This document shows positions 30,582 to 42,976 of a stretch of DNA of 64,000 nucleotides, one piece after another (position 1 is the first letter of the stretch; every line of letters starts with the position of its first letter). Made by a program: the position numbers and the translations under genes. The DNA is from an uncultured beta proteobacterium. GTDB lineage: Bacteria; Pseudomonadota; Gammaproteobacteria; Burkholderiales; JAEUMW01. The notes beneath the pieces were generated by a model. That model made no database searches. It was not told the origin of the DNA and was given only the letters and a program-made list of their open reading frames with translations. The stretch spans positions 326,099-390,098 of the forward strand of contig CAVTGS010000012.1 in NCBI GenBank assembly GCA_963734295.1. The letters are read 5' to 3'.

Positions 30582-30786
30582 GGGGGTTGCATTCTACTCA
30601 GCCGGTCGGAGCGCGCGCAGGACGTCGACGCATGGCGGGCGTCCGGAGGTGTCCGGCTCGCTTGGCGTGCCTCCCGGCGGGGGCGCATTATTCTCATAAC
30701 GCTACCGGCTTGCGACAGTCCGGTCGGAACGGGGGTCGTGGTGACTCCCGGAGGCGTCGTCTCGCTTCCCGGCAAACCGCCAGTCC

Positions 30787-32296
30787 TTACCCAGCCGCAC
30801 TCATCGCCCGCTCCCGCAGCACCCGCTTCAGCACCTTGCCCGTGGCGCTCTTCGGCAGTGCGTCGACGATGTTGACCCGATGCGGGACCTTGTACGGCGC
30901 GACATGCTCGCGGCAAAAGGCGACGATCTCTTCGGGCGTCACCTGAGCGTCCGCCTTCGGGACCACGTCCGCGAACACCTGCTCCCCGCGCACGCGATGG
31001 GCTGCACCGTACACCGCGGCTTCCTGCACGTCGAGGTGACGGTACAGCACCTGCTCGACTTCCGCCGGCCACACCTTCAGGCCCGCGACGTTGATCATGT
31101 CCTTCACGCGGTCGACGATGAAAAGATAGCCGTCCGCATCGAGCCGTCCGATGTCGCCGGTATGCAGCCAGCCGCCGCGCAGTGCCAGCGCGCTTTCCTC
31201 GGGCCGGTTCCAGTAGCCCTGCATCACGCCGGGACCGCGGAAACAGATCTCGCCCCATTCGCCGGTCGGCACCTCGCGGTCGCTCGTATCCAGGATGCGC
31301 ACGCGCACCCCCGGAACGCACCTGCCTACGCTGCCGATGCGGTGCTGATCGGGCACGTTGACGTTGGTGAGCGGTGAGGTTTCGGTGAGCCCGTAACCCT
31401 GGTAGATCGGGCGACCGGTGCGCGCCTGCCAGCGATGCACGAGCTCATCGGGCAGCGGCGCCGCACCCGCGACTTCGTATCGCAGCGAGGTGAGGTCGTA
31501 GTCCTCCAGCTGCATCGCGAGCAGCGTCGCATAGATCGTGGCGACGGCAAAGAGGAGGGTGGCGCGCTCCTCCTGAATGGCGCGAAGAATCACGCGTGGC
31601 TCGACCCGCCGGAACGAGAAGGAGCGTCGCGCCCGCCTCGAAGGCGGCGTTCATCATCACGTTCTGCGCGAACACGTGAAAGAGCGGCAGAAACGTCACG
31701 ACCTTGTCCTCGCGGACGAATTTCATCGTCTGTACCGTGATGCGCATGTTGGAGACGACATTGCCGACGGTGAGCGTCGCGCCCTTGGGTCGCCCGGTGG
31801 TGCCGGAAGTGTAGAGGATGGCTGCCGGGTCGCTCGCCTTCCGGGGCTCCATCGGACCCGACACCGAGGTACCCGCCATCCAGTCGCCGAGTGGCACCGC
31901 GCCATCGGCTTCCCCCTCGCACGCGACGACGTGCGCCAGGGCCGGGCAGCGGTCCCGCGGCACGTTCCGCACGAGATCGCCCACGGTGAAGACGGCGCGC
32001 GCGCCCGAATCGTCGAGGATGTACTGGACCTCCTCGGTCGTCAGCGTCGGATTCATGGATACCGCGATGCCGCCCACGCGCTGCACCGCGAGGTAGACGA
32101 GAGGAAACGCCGGAATGTTCGGCAGATAAAGCACGACCCGGTCGCCCGGGGCAATGCCCGCGTCCGCCAGCGATCGGGCGAGACGGGCTGCGTGCGCGTC
32201 GAGAGTGGCGTAGTCGATCGACGTGCCTTCGAAAACGATCGCGGCGTGGCGCGGATCGACGCGCGCCACCCGGGCCACGTGGCGGGCGATGTTCAT
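30787..32296 (-). pseudogene. AMP-dependent acyl-CoA synthetase/ligase, one frameshift near 31600-31612
   Basis: ORF 31445..32296 carries the N-half (YTSGTTGRPKG ... FEAGATLLLVP). ORF 30787..31593 carries the C-half ((V)ILRAIQEERATLLFAV ... GYGLTETS ... GDIG ... PKSATGKVLK). They join only by a 1-nt shift. Confidence 0.8.
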
Positions 32297-32307
32297 GCCC
32301 GACCGCG

Positions 32308-32626
32308 TCAGGTGATGCGCTTCTTCAGGTCGGCTGCATAATCCTCATATCGGCGCAGCGGTGTGACGTCGATGTGGACGTGCTGCCCGTGGGCCTGCAT
32401 GATCGGCAGATCCATCAGGATCTGGTCGAGGGTGTCGGGGCCGTCCACGTCCACGATCGCGATCACACGTCGACTGCCGACGCATTTCCACAGATCCACC
32501 ACGGCGCCCGCCTTTTTGGCGCCCAGGGCAGCATCGGCCTCCTGCGCCCAAAGGGTAAAGAGCTCCTTCTGTGGACATGGTGGCGGGGTACTCGACGTTG
32601 AAAAGCAGGTGATAGAGCATGGTCAT
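32308..32626 (-). pseudogene. Muconolactone delta-isomerase-like (dimeric alpha+beta barrel) gene, frameshift near 32565
   Basis: MTMLYHLLFNVEYPATMSTEG (frame of ORF 32345..32626) continues as ELFTLWAQEADAALGAKKAGAVVDLWKCVG...DVTPLRRYEDY in the frame of ORF 32308..32502. Confidence 0.65.
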
Positions 32627-32734
32627 CCTCCTCGTTATGGGTGGGCGGTCGAACCCGGTGGGGATTATGAACCCATGCGAATCCCGGTGGCACGACCTGC
32701 GGTAACCCAGACTGGTCGTATGGTCCCGCCGGGC

Positions 32735-33130
32735 TCAGGTGCGGTAGGCAGCCCCGGTCTTCTCGGCGATCGCGCGGGCCTGCGCGACGAAGCCGACGAA
32801 CATGTCGGTGAGGAGCTTCGTGACCTCGGGCCCCGCCTTCGACGGTGTCCCGGCGTCGAGCGGCGGCGCAGGGTCGTACTCGGCGAGAAGCTGCACCGCC
32901 TTCGCGTACTCGACCCCGCGCAGCCTTTCGATCAGCGACAGGCCGAAGTCCAGCCCTGCGGTCACGCCCGCGCCCGTGATGCGGTTGCGGTCCGTGACGA
33001 CACGCGCACGGCTCGGCGTTGCGCCGAAGAGCGGAAGGATGTCGGAGGGTGACCCAGTGGGAGGTGGCCTCATAACCGCGGAGCAGGCCTGCCGCGCCGA
33101 GGACGAGCGACCCGGTACACCGCGCCGTGC
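32735..33130 (-). pseudogene. DJ-1/PfpI family gene, 5'-truncated and frameshifted near 33040
   Basis: CTGSLVLGAAGLLRGYEATSHW (own translation of 33050-33118) shifts frame into ..DILPLFGATPSRARVVTDRNRITGAGVTAGLDF.. (ORF 32735..33073). No N-terminal third precedes it; the hsdR stop lies at 33186. Confidence 0.65.
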
Positions 33131-33185
33131 CGCGTGTGAGCGCCGTTCGCGAGGACGGTTCCGATCGCCCTGGCCGATAAGCCTC

Positions 33186-36330
<3,145 letters not shown>

Positions 36331-36334
<4 letters not shown>

Positions 36335-37206
36335 CGGCCCCCTGCCATTCGGGCTGCCTTCAGAGCGCCCGCAACGAGGACGCGGATCTCCTCGACGACG
36401 TGCTGCAGGCCGGGCGCTTCGAGGCGGTTCTTGTCGACAAACGCGTTCCACTGCGTTTGCTTCGCTGCGTCGCGGGCGAAGGCGTCCGAAAGTCCGAGCG
36501 GTACGCCGTCGGGAACCGTAGTGCGGCGGCGCTCGAAGGTGGCCAAGATCGCGCGCTCCAGCTCTCCGGGATCGCATACGTTCTCACGCAGCAGCGCATG
36601 CAGGTCGAAATAGTCCTTCATCCGGCTGTTGGCCGACCCGAGCGCCACCATGGCATGCAGCTTCTCCGCCATCACGGATGCGCGGGAATAGGCACGCAGG
36701 CGAGGCCGGGGCAGATCGAGCAGGCTGGGATAGTCGATCCAGGCCGGCTCCGGCGTCACCACGTCGCCGACGCCGACATCGACCTGCACACGGAGCCGCG
36801 CCGCGCCGAGGCGGGACTGAAGCGTCACTCGGTGCCCGCCGTATTCGGCTTCCAGGCGGATCGGTGCGACGCTCACCGTATCGGCCAGGAACGTCATCGC
36901 ATCTGGTTCGACGGTGGCGTTGCATACCTCGCCGAAGATCTGCGCCAGCGCATCGTCCGATAGGTCGCCGAAGCCCAGCAGGTCGGCATCGCGCGTCGGG
37001 CGAAGCGTATCGCCGAACCAGACTAGCAGGAGCAGCGCGCCCTTCAGCACGAACCGATCCCCATGGGGAGATTGTGAGAGCCGGTAAAGGAACCGCTCCA
37101 CGGCATAACGTGCGAGGACGAGGTTCGGGTCCACGCCGATCGCTTTCGCATGCCGCGCGAGCCGAACCTGCACCGAACGGGCGAGGCCGTCGCGCGCCCC
37201 GCTCAT
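36331..37206 (-). CDS. abiEii: AbiEii/AbiGii nucleotidyltransferase toxin (type IV TA)
   Basis: C-terminal 291 aa of ORF 36331..37305, from MSGARDGLARSVQVRLARHAK, with VLKGALLLL..RPTRDADLLG. Its stop overlaps the hsdR-A GTG start (GTGA). Confidence 0.8.
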
Positions 37207-37811
37207 CCCGCCAGCGACTCCAGATAGGGACGCATCACGCGCTGGACGCGGCAGACGGCGGCGTAGCGGTCCAGCGCATCCATCGTGAAGCGGCGCGCGC
37301 GCCAAGCCTCGCGCAGCGCCTCCAGCGCCACGTCGAGGCCGATCTTGTTGCGATACTTGAAGCAGTCGGCCAGGGTCTTGGCGACGCCGTAGACGCGCAC
37401 CGTGCGTCCCTCGATACGGTGCGACTCGACCCCTTCGGTCAGCGCCGCCCCAGAATAGCGGACCACGCGCAGCGGCGGATACTTCAACGCGGGACGCCGC
37501 GCGCGCCGGTCGATGGCGACCCAGACTTGGGCAGGCACGTGCGTGCCGAGGCCGTGGAACTGCAGCGCGGAAAGCAGGCAGATGGCGCCTTGCGGAATCG
37601 CGGCGCTCGCCATCACCAGGCCGTGGTGCTCCGTCGCAGACCGGTCGGCCAGCCGGTAGAGTCCACGCACGACGCGCTCGATCTCACCCGCGGCGACGAG
37701 CCGGGTCAGCACTTGGCGGTGAACGCCCGCTGCCGCGAGCTCATGGGCCGTCACGCCCTGGCTGCGGCGCGCAAGCTTGAGGACCTGATCCCGTTGGTTA
37801 GCCGCAGGCAT
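37203..37811 (-). CDS. abiEi: AbiEi antitoxin (wHTH transcriptional autoregulator)
   Basis: 202-aa ORF with VTAHELAAAGVHRQVLTRLVAAGEIERVVRGLYRL and a C-terminal AbiEi_4-like region. It overlaps abiEii by 4 nt. Confidence 0.8.
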   Translation of the reverse strand: MPAANQRDQVLKLARRSQGVTAHELAAAGVHRQVLTRLVAAGEIERVVRGLYRLADRSATEHHGLVMASAAIPQGAICLLSALQFHGLGTHVPAQVWVAIDRRARRPALKYPPLRVVRYSGAALTEGVESHRIEGRTVRVYGVAKTLADCFKYRNKIGLDVALEALREAWRARRFTMDALDRYAAVCRVQRVMRPYLESLAG

Positions 37812-37813
37812 GT

Positions 37814-37846
37814 GGCTAATCGTAGCCTCTCGCGACTAAATGTCAA
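37814..37846 (-). promoter_or_regulatory. Putative abiE promoter with palindromic operator
   Basis: Minus strand reads TTGACA (37846-37841), 16 nt, TACGAT (37824-37819), 7 nt, ATG. A perfect palindrome GGCTA-CGAT-TAGCC (37814-37827) overlaps the -10 element. Confidence 0.4.
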
Positions 37847-37902
37847 CGTTTCGCCACGCATCTATGGTCGCGCGCAAGCGCATCGCGCGGCGTCCCGCCC
37901 CC

Positions 37903-38105
37903 ACCGCCAGCCAGTCGTTGCCCACCGGGTCGTCGAAGTCGATCACCCGCGCCTGCGGGACGCGTCAGCTTGTGGAAGGCGTCGTCCAGGGCTTCGGCGA
38001 GCAGTGTCGGGTTGAGCCGCGCGAGTGCGTCGCGCAGGCGCGCTGCACCAGGACCACCTCCCCGTAGTCGTCGCGCTCGACGACGGATTCGGTAAAGGAG
38101 GTCAT
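37903..38105 (-). pseudogene. hsdR: hsdR 5' remnant (copy B), internally deleted and frameshifted
   Basis: Own translation gives [10 protein letters not shown] | [12 protein letters not shown](fs)[27 protein letters not shown] | [17 protein letters not shown], after which the homology ends. Confidence 0.75.
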
Positions 38106-38260
38106 CCCAGTACGCTTCTTGGGGAAAGCCTTAAATAGGCAACCCGTTGTCTAAAAACGGTTTCATAGTTGACCCACCCCTCGTTAGGGGTTTGCGCCTA
38201 AATGAAAATCTCGGATTAATGATCTCCGACCGGCAACCGCGTCGGGAGAAACTCCGGGGC

Positions 38261-39325
38261 CTATTCAACTCCGTGCTTCATCCAGCCCAGGTCTTTGAGA
38301 CGTCGCCACGCGGCGGCGACTTGTTCGCGCCGCATGAGTTCCGCCTTGCGCGTGCTCCATGCCCGAACGGCCTTTGCTGCCGCCTCGGGTTTTCTCGCGG
38401 CTTCGGCATCCTCCCGCGTCGCCACCCAGTGCACCGTCGCGAGCAGTTCCATGCCGAGAGGCGTCTCGAATCCTTCGATCAACTCGGAAACCCGGTCGAA
38501 GCGTGCACGCGTGTCGGCGTGATCGTTCAAGTACCGCTCCGCCGCGGCGGCGGCTTCAGGCTTGAGGTGAATCGGCGTGTCAGGTTTGTTCTCGCCAGCG
38601 CCGTAACCGGTAATGAAGTGGCCGTCCATCTTTTCCAGCACATGGCGCAACACGTCCGCATAAGGGCCGTAATGGTGCCGAACGAATCTGACCTGGTTCA
38701 GTTGCTCTCCAGCCTCGGTGAGGAAGTAGACGAGCTTCTGAATCTCCAACAACGTAACGGGATAGTCGAAGCCAGGAACCAGATAACGGTTAATGAGCCC
38801 GAGCACGGCCGCGCGCCCCTTGGTCATCTTCGGGCGTGGCGTATGGTTTCTTATGCCCTTTGCGTCCGGCGCGCCCGCAGGTTCGTAAACCAGCCAGCGG
38901 ACTTCCGGCACCCGTGCGAACGCTTCGCGCATCCGCTGCTGCACTTCGGGCCAGGGCAAGCCGCCCAGGCCGCAGCCCAACGGTGGTACGGCAACGGACC
39001 GGATGCCCATGCGGTGCACGTCGGCGAGCAGCGCCTGCAGCCCGGATTCGATATCTTCCATCCGCGATGGGCTGCGCCAATGCCGCTTGGTGGGGAAATT
39101 GATGATGAAGCGCGGGTTGGTCAGCGCCTGACGGTCGAAAATGAACATGCGCCCGGGCATCACCTCGCCCGCCCCACACGCGCGCCGATAGGCTTCGTAG
39201 TTGTCGGGATACGCCTTGCGGAACTGGAGTGCGATCCCCTTGCCCATGACGCCTTCCGTGTTGACCGTATTCACCACGGCCTCCACGTCAGCCTCCAGCA
39301 AATTGCCTCTCGTCAGCTCGAACAT
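38261..39325 (-). CDS. darG: DarG antitoxin (macrodomain DNA ADP-ribosyl glycohydrolase)
   Basis: ORF 38261..39394 with start at MFELTRGNLLEADVEAVVNTVNTEGVMGKGIALQFRKAYPDNY (macrodomain). GGAGG lies 7 nt upstream. The long C-terminal domain is as in DarG. Confidence 0.85.
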   Translation of the reverse strand: MFELTRGNLLEADVEAVVNTVNTEGVMGKGIALQFRKAYPDNYEAYRRACGAGEVMPGRMFIFDRQALTNPRFIINFPTKRHWRSPSRMEDIESGLQALLADVHRMGIRSVAVPPLGCGLGGLPWPEVQQRMREAFARVPEVRWLVYEPAGAPDAKGIRNHTPRPKMTKGRAAVLGLINRYLVPGFDYPVTLLEIQKLVYFLTEAGEQLNQVRFVRHHYGPYADVLRHVLEKMDGHFITGYGAGENKPDTPIHLKPEAAAAAERYLNDHADTRARFDRVSELIEGFETPLGMELLATVHWVATREDAEAARKPEAAAKAVRAWSTRKAELMRREQVAAAWRRLKDLGWMKHGVE

Positions 39326-39338
39326 AGCCCCTCCGTTT

Positions 39339-39956
39339 TCAATAGTACCAATCGCGACGAATCTCGACTCGTGGTTTGTGGCCAATTCCGGCAATCGCAG
39401 CCCTGACCCGCTCCGCGATGGATTGGTCGATCACGCCGATGGCCTCAATCGCCTCCCAGGGGCACCAGTCATGAACCAGGAACTCGGCCTGCCGCTTTTC
39501 CTTCACCTCTGTGTCGCCACCCCACTGACGCAACGGCATCACCGCCCAGTCCACCTCGTCGAGCTTGGCTGTGGTGTCGTACTGATTCGCGTAGCCAAGG
39601 TCAGCATGACGATCCGTGAAAAACCAAGGCCTCGCGGTCGCCCGAATCGTTTCGATGGACGACACCAGATGCACAATGGGTTGCTGGCCCTCTCGGTAAT
39701 TTTCATGCCCCTGCGCGACCACGTAGAGCATCACCGAGCGCGGGCAGAAGTTGAATGGGACATAGTTGCCCAGCGTGCCGCCGGCCGCCACAGTCACCGA
39801 ATGACGCAACCGCCGCACCTTGATGTGACTGTAGCCGATGTTGGTATTCGCGAGTTCATGGGCGGTGCGCTGCGCGTCACACCACAGGCGACCCTCGCGA
39901 ACAATTTGTTCCAGATTGTCTGCGTGGGTGATGTGGTAGATGGCGCGGTTGGTCAC
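39339..39956 (-). CDS. darT: DarT ssDNA thymidine ADP-ribosyltransferase toxin (DUF4433)
   Basis: 205-aa ORF (GTG start) [29 protein letters not shown] ... FFTDRHA ... [14 protein letters not shown]. Confidence 0.85.
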   Translation of the reverse strand: MTNRAIYHITHADNLEQIVREGRLWCDAQRTAHELANTNIGYSHIKVRRLRHSVTVAAGGTLGNYVPFNFCPRSVMLYVVAQGHENYREGQQPIVHLVSSIETIRATARPWFFTDRHADLGYANQYDTTAKLDEVDWAVMPLRQWGGDTEVKEKRQAEFLVHDWCPWEAIEAIGVIDQSIAERVRAAIAGIGHKPRVEIRRDWYY

Positions 39957-40183
39957 GGTGCCGCAACCTCTGAAAGGCTTGCCATCTTGAATCTGGCCCT
40001 GTTCGCCTGTCGTCCCACCGCAATACCATTCTTACCGCGGTACTGCGCCGTCACGCCGTTCACCAGGATGCGGTGCAGGGCGCGGTTGCGCACGATGAGG
40101 TCCGCGCCTTCGGGCCGCGTCAGTTTGCGGAAGGCATCGTCCAATGCCTCGGCGGGCAGCGCCGGGTTCAGCCGCGCAAGCGC
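39953..40183 (-). pseudogene. hsdR: hsdR 5' remnant (copy C), distal piece after the IS21 insertion
   Basis: [54 protein letters not shown]..., then truncated. Its stop overlaps the darT GTG. Confidence 0.75.
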
Positions 40184-40267
40184 TGTCGCGGATCGGCATA
40201 AAGGAGCCGGGGATGATCGGCATAATGGAGCCAGTTTCGGAGGGGTAAGACGGGCATCCCGGCGTGG

Positions 40268-41056
40268 TTAAGAATGGGTGGTTTTGGACGTATTGGCAAC
40301 CTTGATTTTGTTGGCCGTAGGGGCGAGTTTCGGCGCCCGATACGACTGCCCGTCGAGTACCAGGCAGTAGGCGTTGTGGCGTAGCCGATCCAGGGTCGCC
40401 GAGGCCAGCAGTCGGTTGGCGGGGAAGGCTTGATCCCACTCGGTGAAGTCGAGGTTGCTGGTAACGATCGTGGCAGTGGTTTCGTAACGTTCGGCGATCA
40501 GATCGTGCAGATCTTCATCGGCGGGTGGACGCAGCGGCTTGAGGCCGAAGTCGTCGATCACGAGTAGCGCAATGCGGGCGAGGCTGGCGAGTTTGCGCTC
40601 GTAGGTACCGGTGGCGCGGGCGGCGTTCATGGCGGCGACCAGTTGCGCGCAGGTGGTGAACAGCACGTCGACGCCCTGGCGGATGGCGCAGTGGCCGAGG
40701 GCCTGCGCGAGGTGCGACTTCCCGGTGCCACACGGTCCGACGATGAGCACGGGGACGCGCTCGTCGAGGTAACGGCCGGTGGCGAGCTCGTGCACCAGGG
40801 CGCGATTGAGTTGCGGCAGGCGTTCGAAGTCGAACTGATCGAGGGTCTTGCTGGCGCGGAAGGCGGCACGGCGCAAACGCAGGGCGAACTTCTTTTGTTC
40901 GCGCCGGGCAACCTCATCCTCGATCAACAGCGCCAGGAACTCGGTGTAGGCGAGCTTGCCGTCGAGGGCTTGGCGATTACGTGCCTCGAGCGAATCGAGG
41001 ATGCCAGACAGGCGCAGTTGTTTGAGATAGGGAACGAGCTCGGGAACGGGGTTCAT
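40268..41056 (-). CDS. istB: IS21 helper ATPase IstB
   Basis: C-terminal 262 aa of ORF 40268..41776, from MNPVPELVPYLKQLRLSGILDSLEARN, with Walker A GPCGTGKSHL and LLVIDDFG. Confidence 0.9.
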   Translation of the reverse strand: MNPVPELVPYLKQLRLSGILDSLEARNRQALDGKLAYTEFLALLIEDEVARREQKKFALRLRRAAFRASKTLDQFDFERLPQLNRALVHELATGRYLDERVPVLIVGPCGTGKSHLAQALGHCAIRQGVDVLFTTCAQLVAAMNAARATGTYERKLASLARIALLVIDDFGLKPLRPPADEDLHDLIAERYETTATIVTSNLDFTEWDQAFPANRLLASATLDRLRHNAYCLVLDGQSYRAPKLAPTANKIKVANTSKTTHS

Positions 41057-41079
41057 CGGTGATGCCTCCGGGGTGGGAT

Positions 41080-42612
41080 TCAGTGCAGCAGGGTGGGATC
41101 GACGCCGAACAGGGTCTCGGCGTCGCGGACAAAGCGTGCGCTGGTACCGTACGCGCGCGCCGATGCGGGGACATGCAGCAGCGGTTGTTGATCGAAGCCG
41201 CCGGCGAGAATGGTCTTGACGGTGCGGTAGAACGGGCTGTCGTGAGCGAGCGCCCGGGCGCACGCGGCTTCCAGCCGGGCGTTGCCGTAGCGTTCGGCCA
41301 AGCGCAGCACACCTTGCGCGGCGCGTAGCCTCTCGACGATGCGATCGGCGAGCAGTTGGTCGACCAATTGCGCGCAGGCGGGACCCACTGCCGTGGCTTG
41401 CTGCAGGCACCAGTGGCGGTCGTGGGCGAAGTAGGCTTGCGCCTGCGGCGGCAGGTGATCGCGGACGGTGAAGCGTTGCCCGGGTTTGCGGCCCCGCGGA
41501 TGCACCGCGACCTGCCGATAGTCCTGATAGATCGCCACGGCGGTGTCGGTGGCCCGCAGCCACAGCGCCTGGCCGATCAAGGTGAACGGTACCGAGTAGA
41601 AGCAGCGGTCGAACTGGACGTGGCAATCGCGATGCACGCGCACGCCACTCCAGGTGCCAAGATCGGGCGCGATCGCCGGCAAGGCGCGCAGCAGCCGTTT
41701 CTCGACGGCGAACAGCGCGAGTGGCTGCGTGCGGGTAGTGCCGTGGATACGCACCCCCGCTTCCGTCATCACCCATTGCCGGACTTGGGCATTGAGATCG
41801 GCGAGATCGCGAAAGCTGCGGGTCGGCAGGAAGTTACCCTTGACATAGCCGACCCCGCGCTCGACGACGCCCTTCTTCGCCGGATCGGCGGGCGGACACG
41901 GGTCGATCTTGAAACCGTACCCTTCCGCGCACTCGGCGTAGGCGCGCTGCACCAGCGGATCGCGGGCACAGGCGCGAGTGATAGCGCACTTGGGGTTGTC
42001 GATAATGACCCGCGCCGGAACGGCGGCGAACCATTCGAAGGCGCGGCGGTGACAGCCGAGCCAGGTAGCCACCGTCTGCTCCCACACGAACTCGACGTAC
42101 TGATGGCGCGAGAAGCACAGCGTCATCACGAACGCCCAGGTACGGCGCAGCTCGCTACGAGCGGGATCGAGCAGCAGCGGCCCGGCACCGAAATCGACCT
42201 GCGCTGCTTCGCCGGGCGCGAACTGCAGCCGCACCGTGGCCTGCGGCGGCCGCGCCGCGTTGAGCGCGGCGAGCATGCGCCGCACCGCCGAGTAGCTGCC
42301 GCTGTACCCATGCTCGCGACACAGCGCAGCGTGGATCGCGACACCACCCACACCCTGCTCGGCCCAGCGCGCCACCACATCGCGAAACGGCTCGACCGTG
42401 GAAATCGTGCTGCGCGCCCGGCGCGCCTGGCCGATCACCACCGCGATCTCGCCGTCCTCGGGCAGCGGCGTGTCGGGGGCGAGCCAGCCCTGCTGCGTGG
42501 CCAGCGCCCGCAGCGCTGCCACCTTCGGCCGGCCCATCAACCGCGCCCGGGCAATATCGCGGTCGGAATCGCCCTGGCGCAAGCGCACCAGGACCGCTCG
42601 ATACTGGAACAT
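41080..42612 (-). CDS. istA: IS21 transposase IstA
   Basis: ORF 41080..42654 with start at MFQYRAVLVRLRQGDSDRDIARA. HTH plus a DDE (rve) core. Confidence 0.9.
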   Translation of the reverse strand: MFQYRAVLVRLRQGDSDRDIARARLMGRPKVAALRALATQQGWLAPDTPLPEDGEIAVVIGQARRARSTISTVEPFRDVVARWAEQGVGGVAIHAALCREHGYSGSYSAVRRMLAALNAARPPQATVRLQFAPGEAAQVDFGAGPLLLDPARSELRRTWAFVMTLCFSRHQYVEFVWEQTVATWLGCHRRAFEWFAAVPARVIIDNPKCAITRACARDPLVQRAYAECAEGYGFKIDPCPPADPAKKGVVERGVGYVKGNFLPTRSFRDLADLNAQVRQWVMTEAGVRIHGTTRTQPLALFAVEKRLLRALPAIAPDLGTWSGVRVHRDCHVQFDRCFYSVPFTLIGQALWLRATDTAVAIYQDYRQVAVHPRGRKPGQRFTVRDHLPPQAQAYFAHDRHWCLQQATAVGPACAQLVDQLLADRIVERLRAAQGVLRLAERYGNARLEAACARALAHDSPFYRTVKTILAGGFDQQPLLHVPASARAYGTSARFVRDAETLFGVDPTLLH

Positions 42613-42767
42613 CTCGATTCTCCTACGCCCCACCGCGGTTCTCCCTCTGGACAAAAGTCCGAAAGGGTAGCGGTAACGCGCTCAGTTCGAGATGCCCGTC
42701 TTTGCCTCACCTGGCTCCAATATGCCGATCACGGAGTGGCTCCAATATGCCGATCGCTGACAAGCGC

Positions 42768-42926
42768 GTCGCGCAGGCGCTGCAGAAGGACCACCTGCCC
42801 GTAGTCGTCGCGTTCCGCAGCGGGTTCGCCGGGTGCGATCTTGGCGCCGTTCCTGACCTGCCAGCCGACGATTTCCAGCCAGGCAAGCGCGGCTTGCTCG
42901 ACGACGGATTCAGTGAAGGTAGTCAT
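42768..42926 (-). pseudogene. hsdR: hsdR 5' remnant (copy C), proximal piece before the IS21 insertion
   Basis: ORF 42729..42926: [55 protein letters not shown], then IS21 terminal sequence. Confidence 0.85.
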
Positions 42927-42976
42927 GAAGTCGGCCTGTGCCGGGACACGCTTAAATGAGCCGCCTGTTGATTTAT

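Larger units (their letters stand above)
40184..42762 (-). mobile_element. IS21-family insertion sequence (istA-istB), complete
   Basis: Termini are TGTCGCGGATCGGCATAAAGGAGCC (left) and TGTCAGCGATCGGCATATTGGAGCC (right, reverse complement). Each end has a second internal GATCGGCATA(A/T)TGGAGCC copy. 5-bp target duplication AGCGC at 40179-40183 and 42763-42767. Confidence 0.9.

Noticed and set aside
30582-30786. Possible guanidine (ykkC-type) riboswitch in the 205-nt leader of the YqcI/DUF1989 pair
   Set aside because: I looked for the conserved GGGA/ACGR/GGUCCGAGAG-type elements by eye on the minus strand and did not find a convincing match. A covariance-model scan would be needed.
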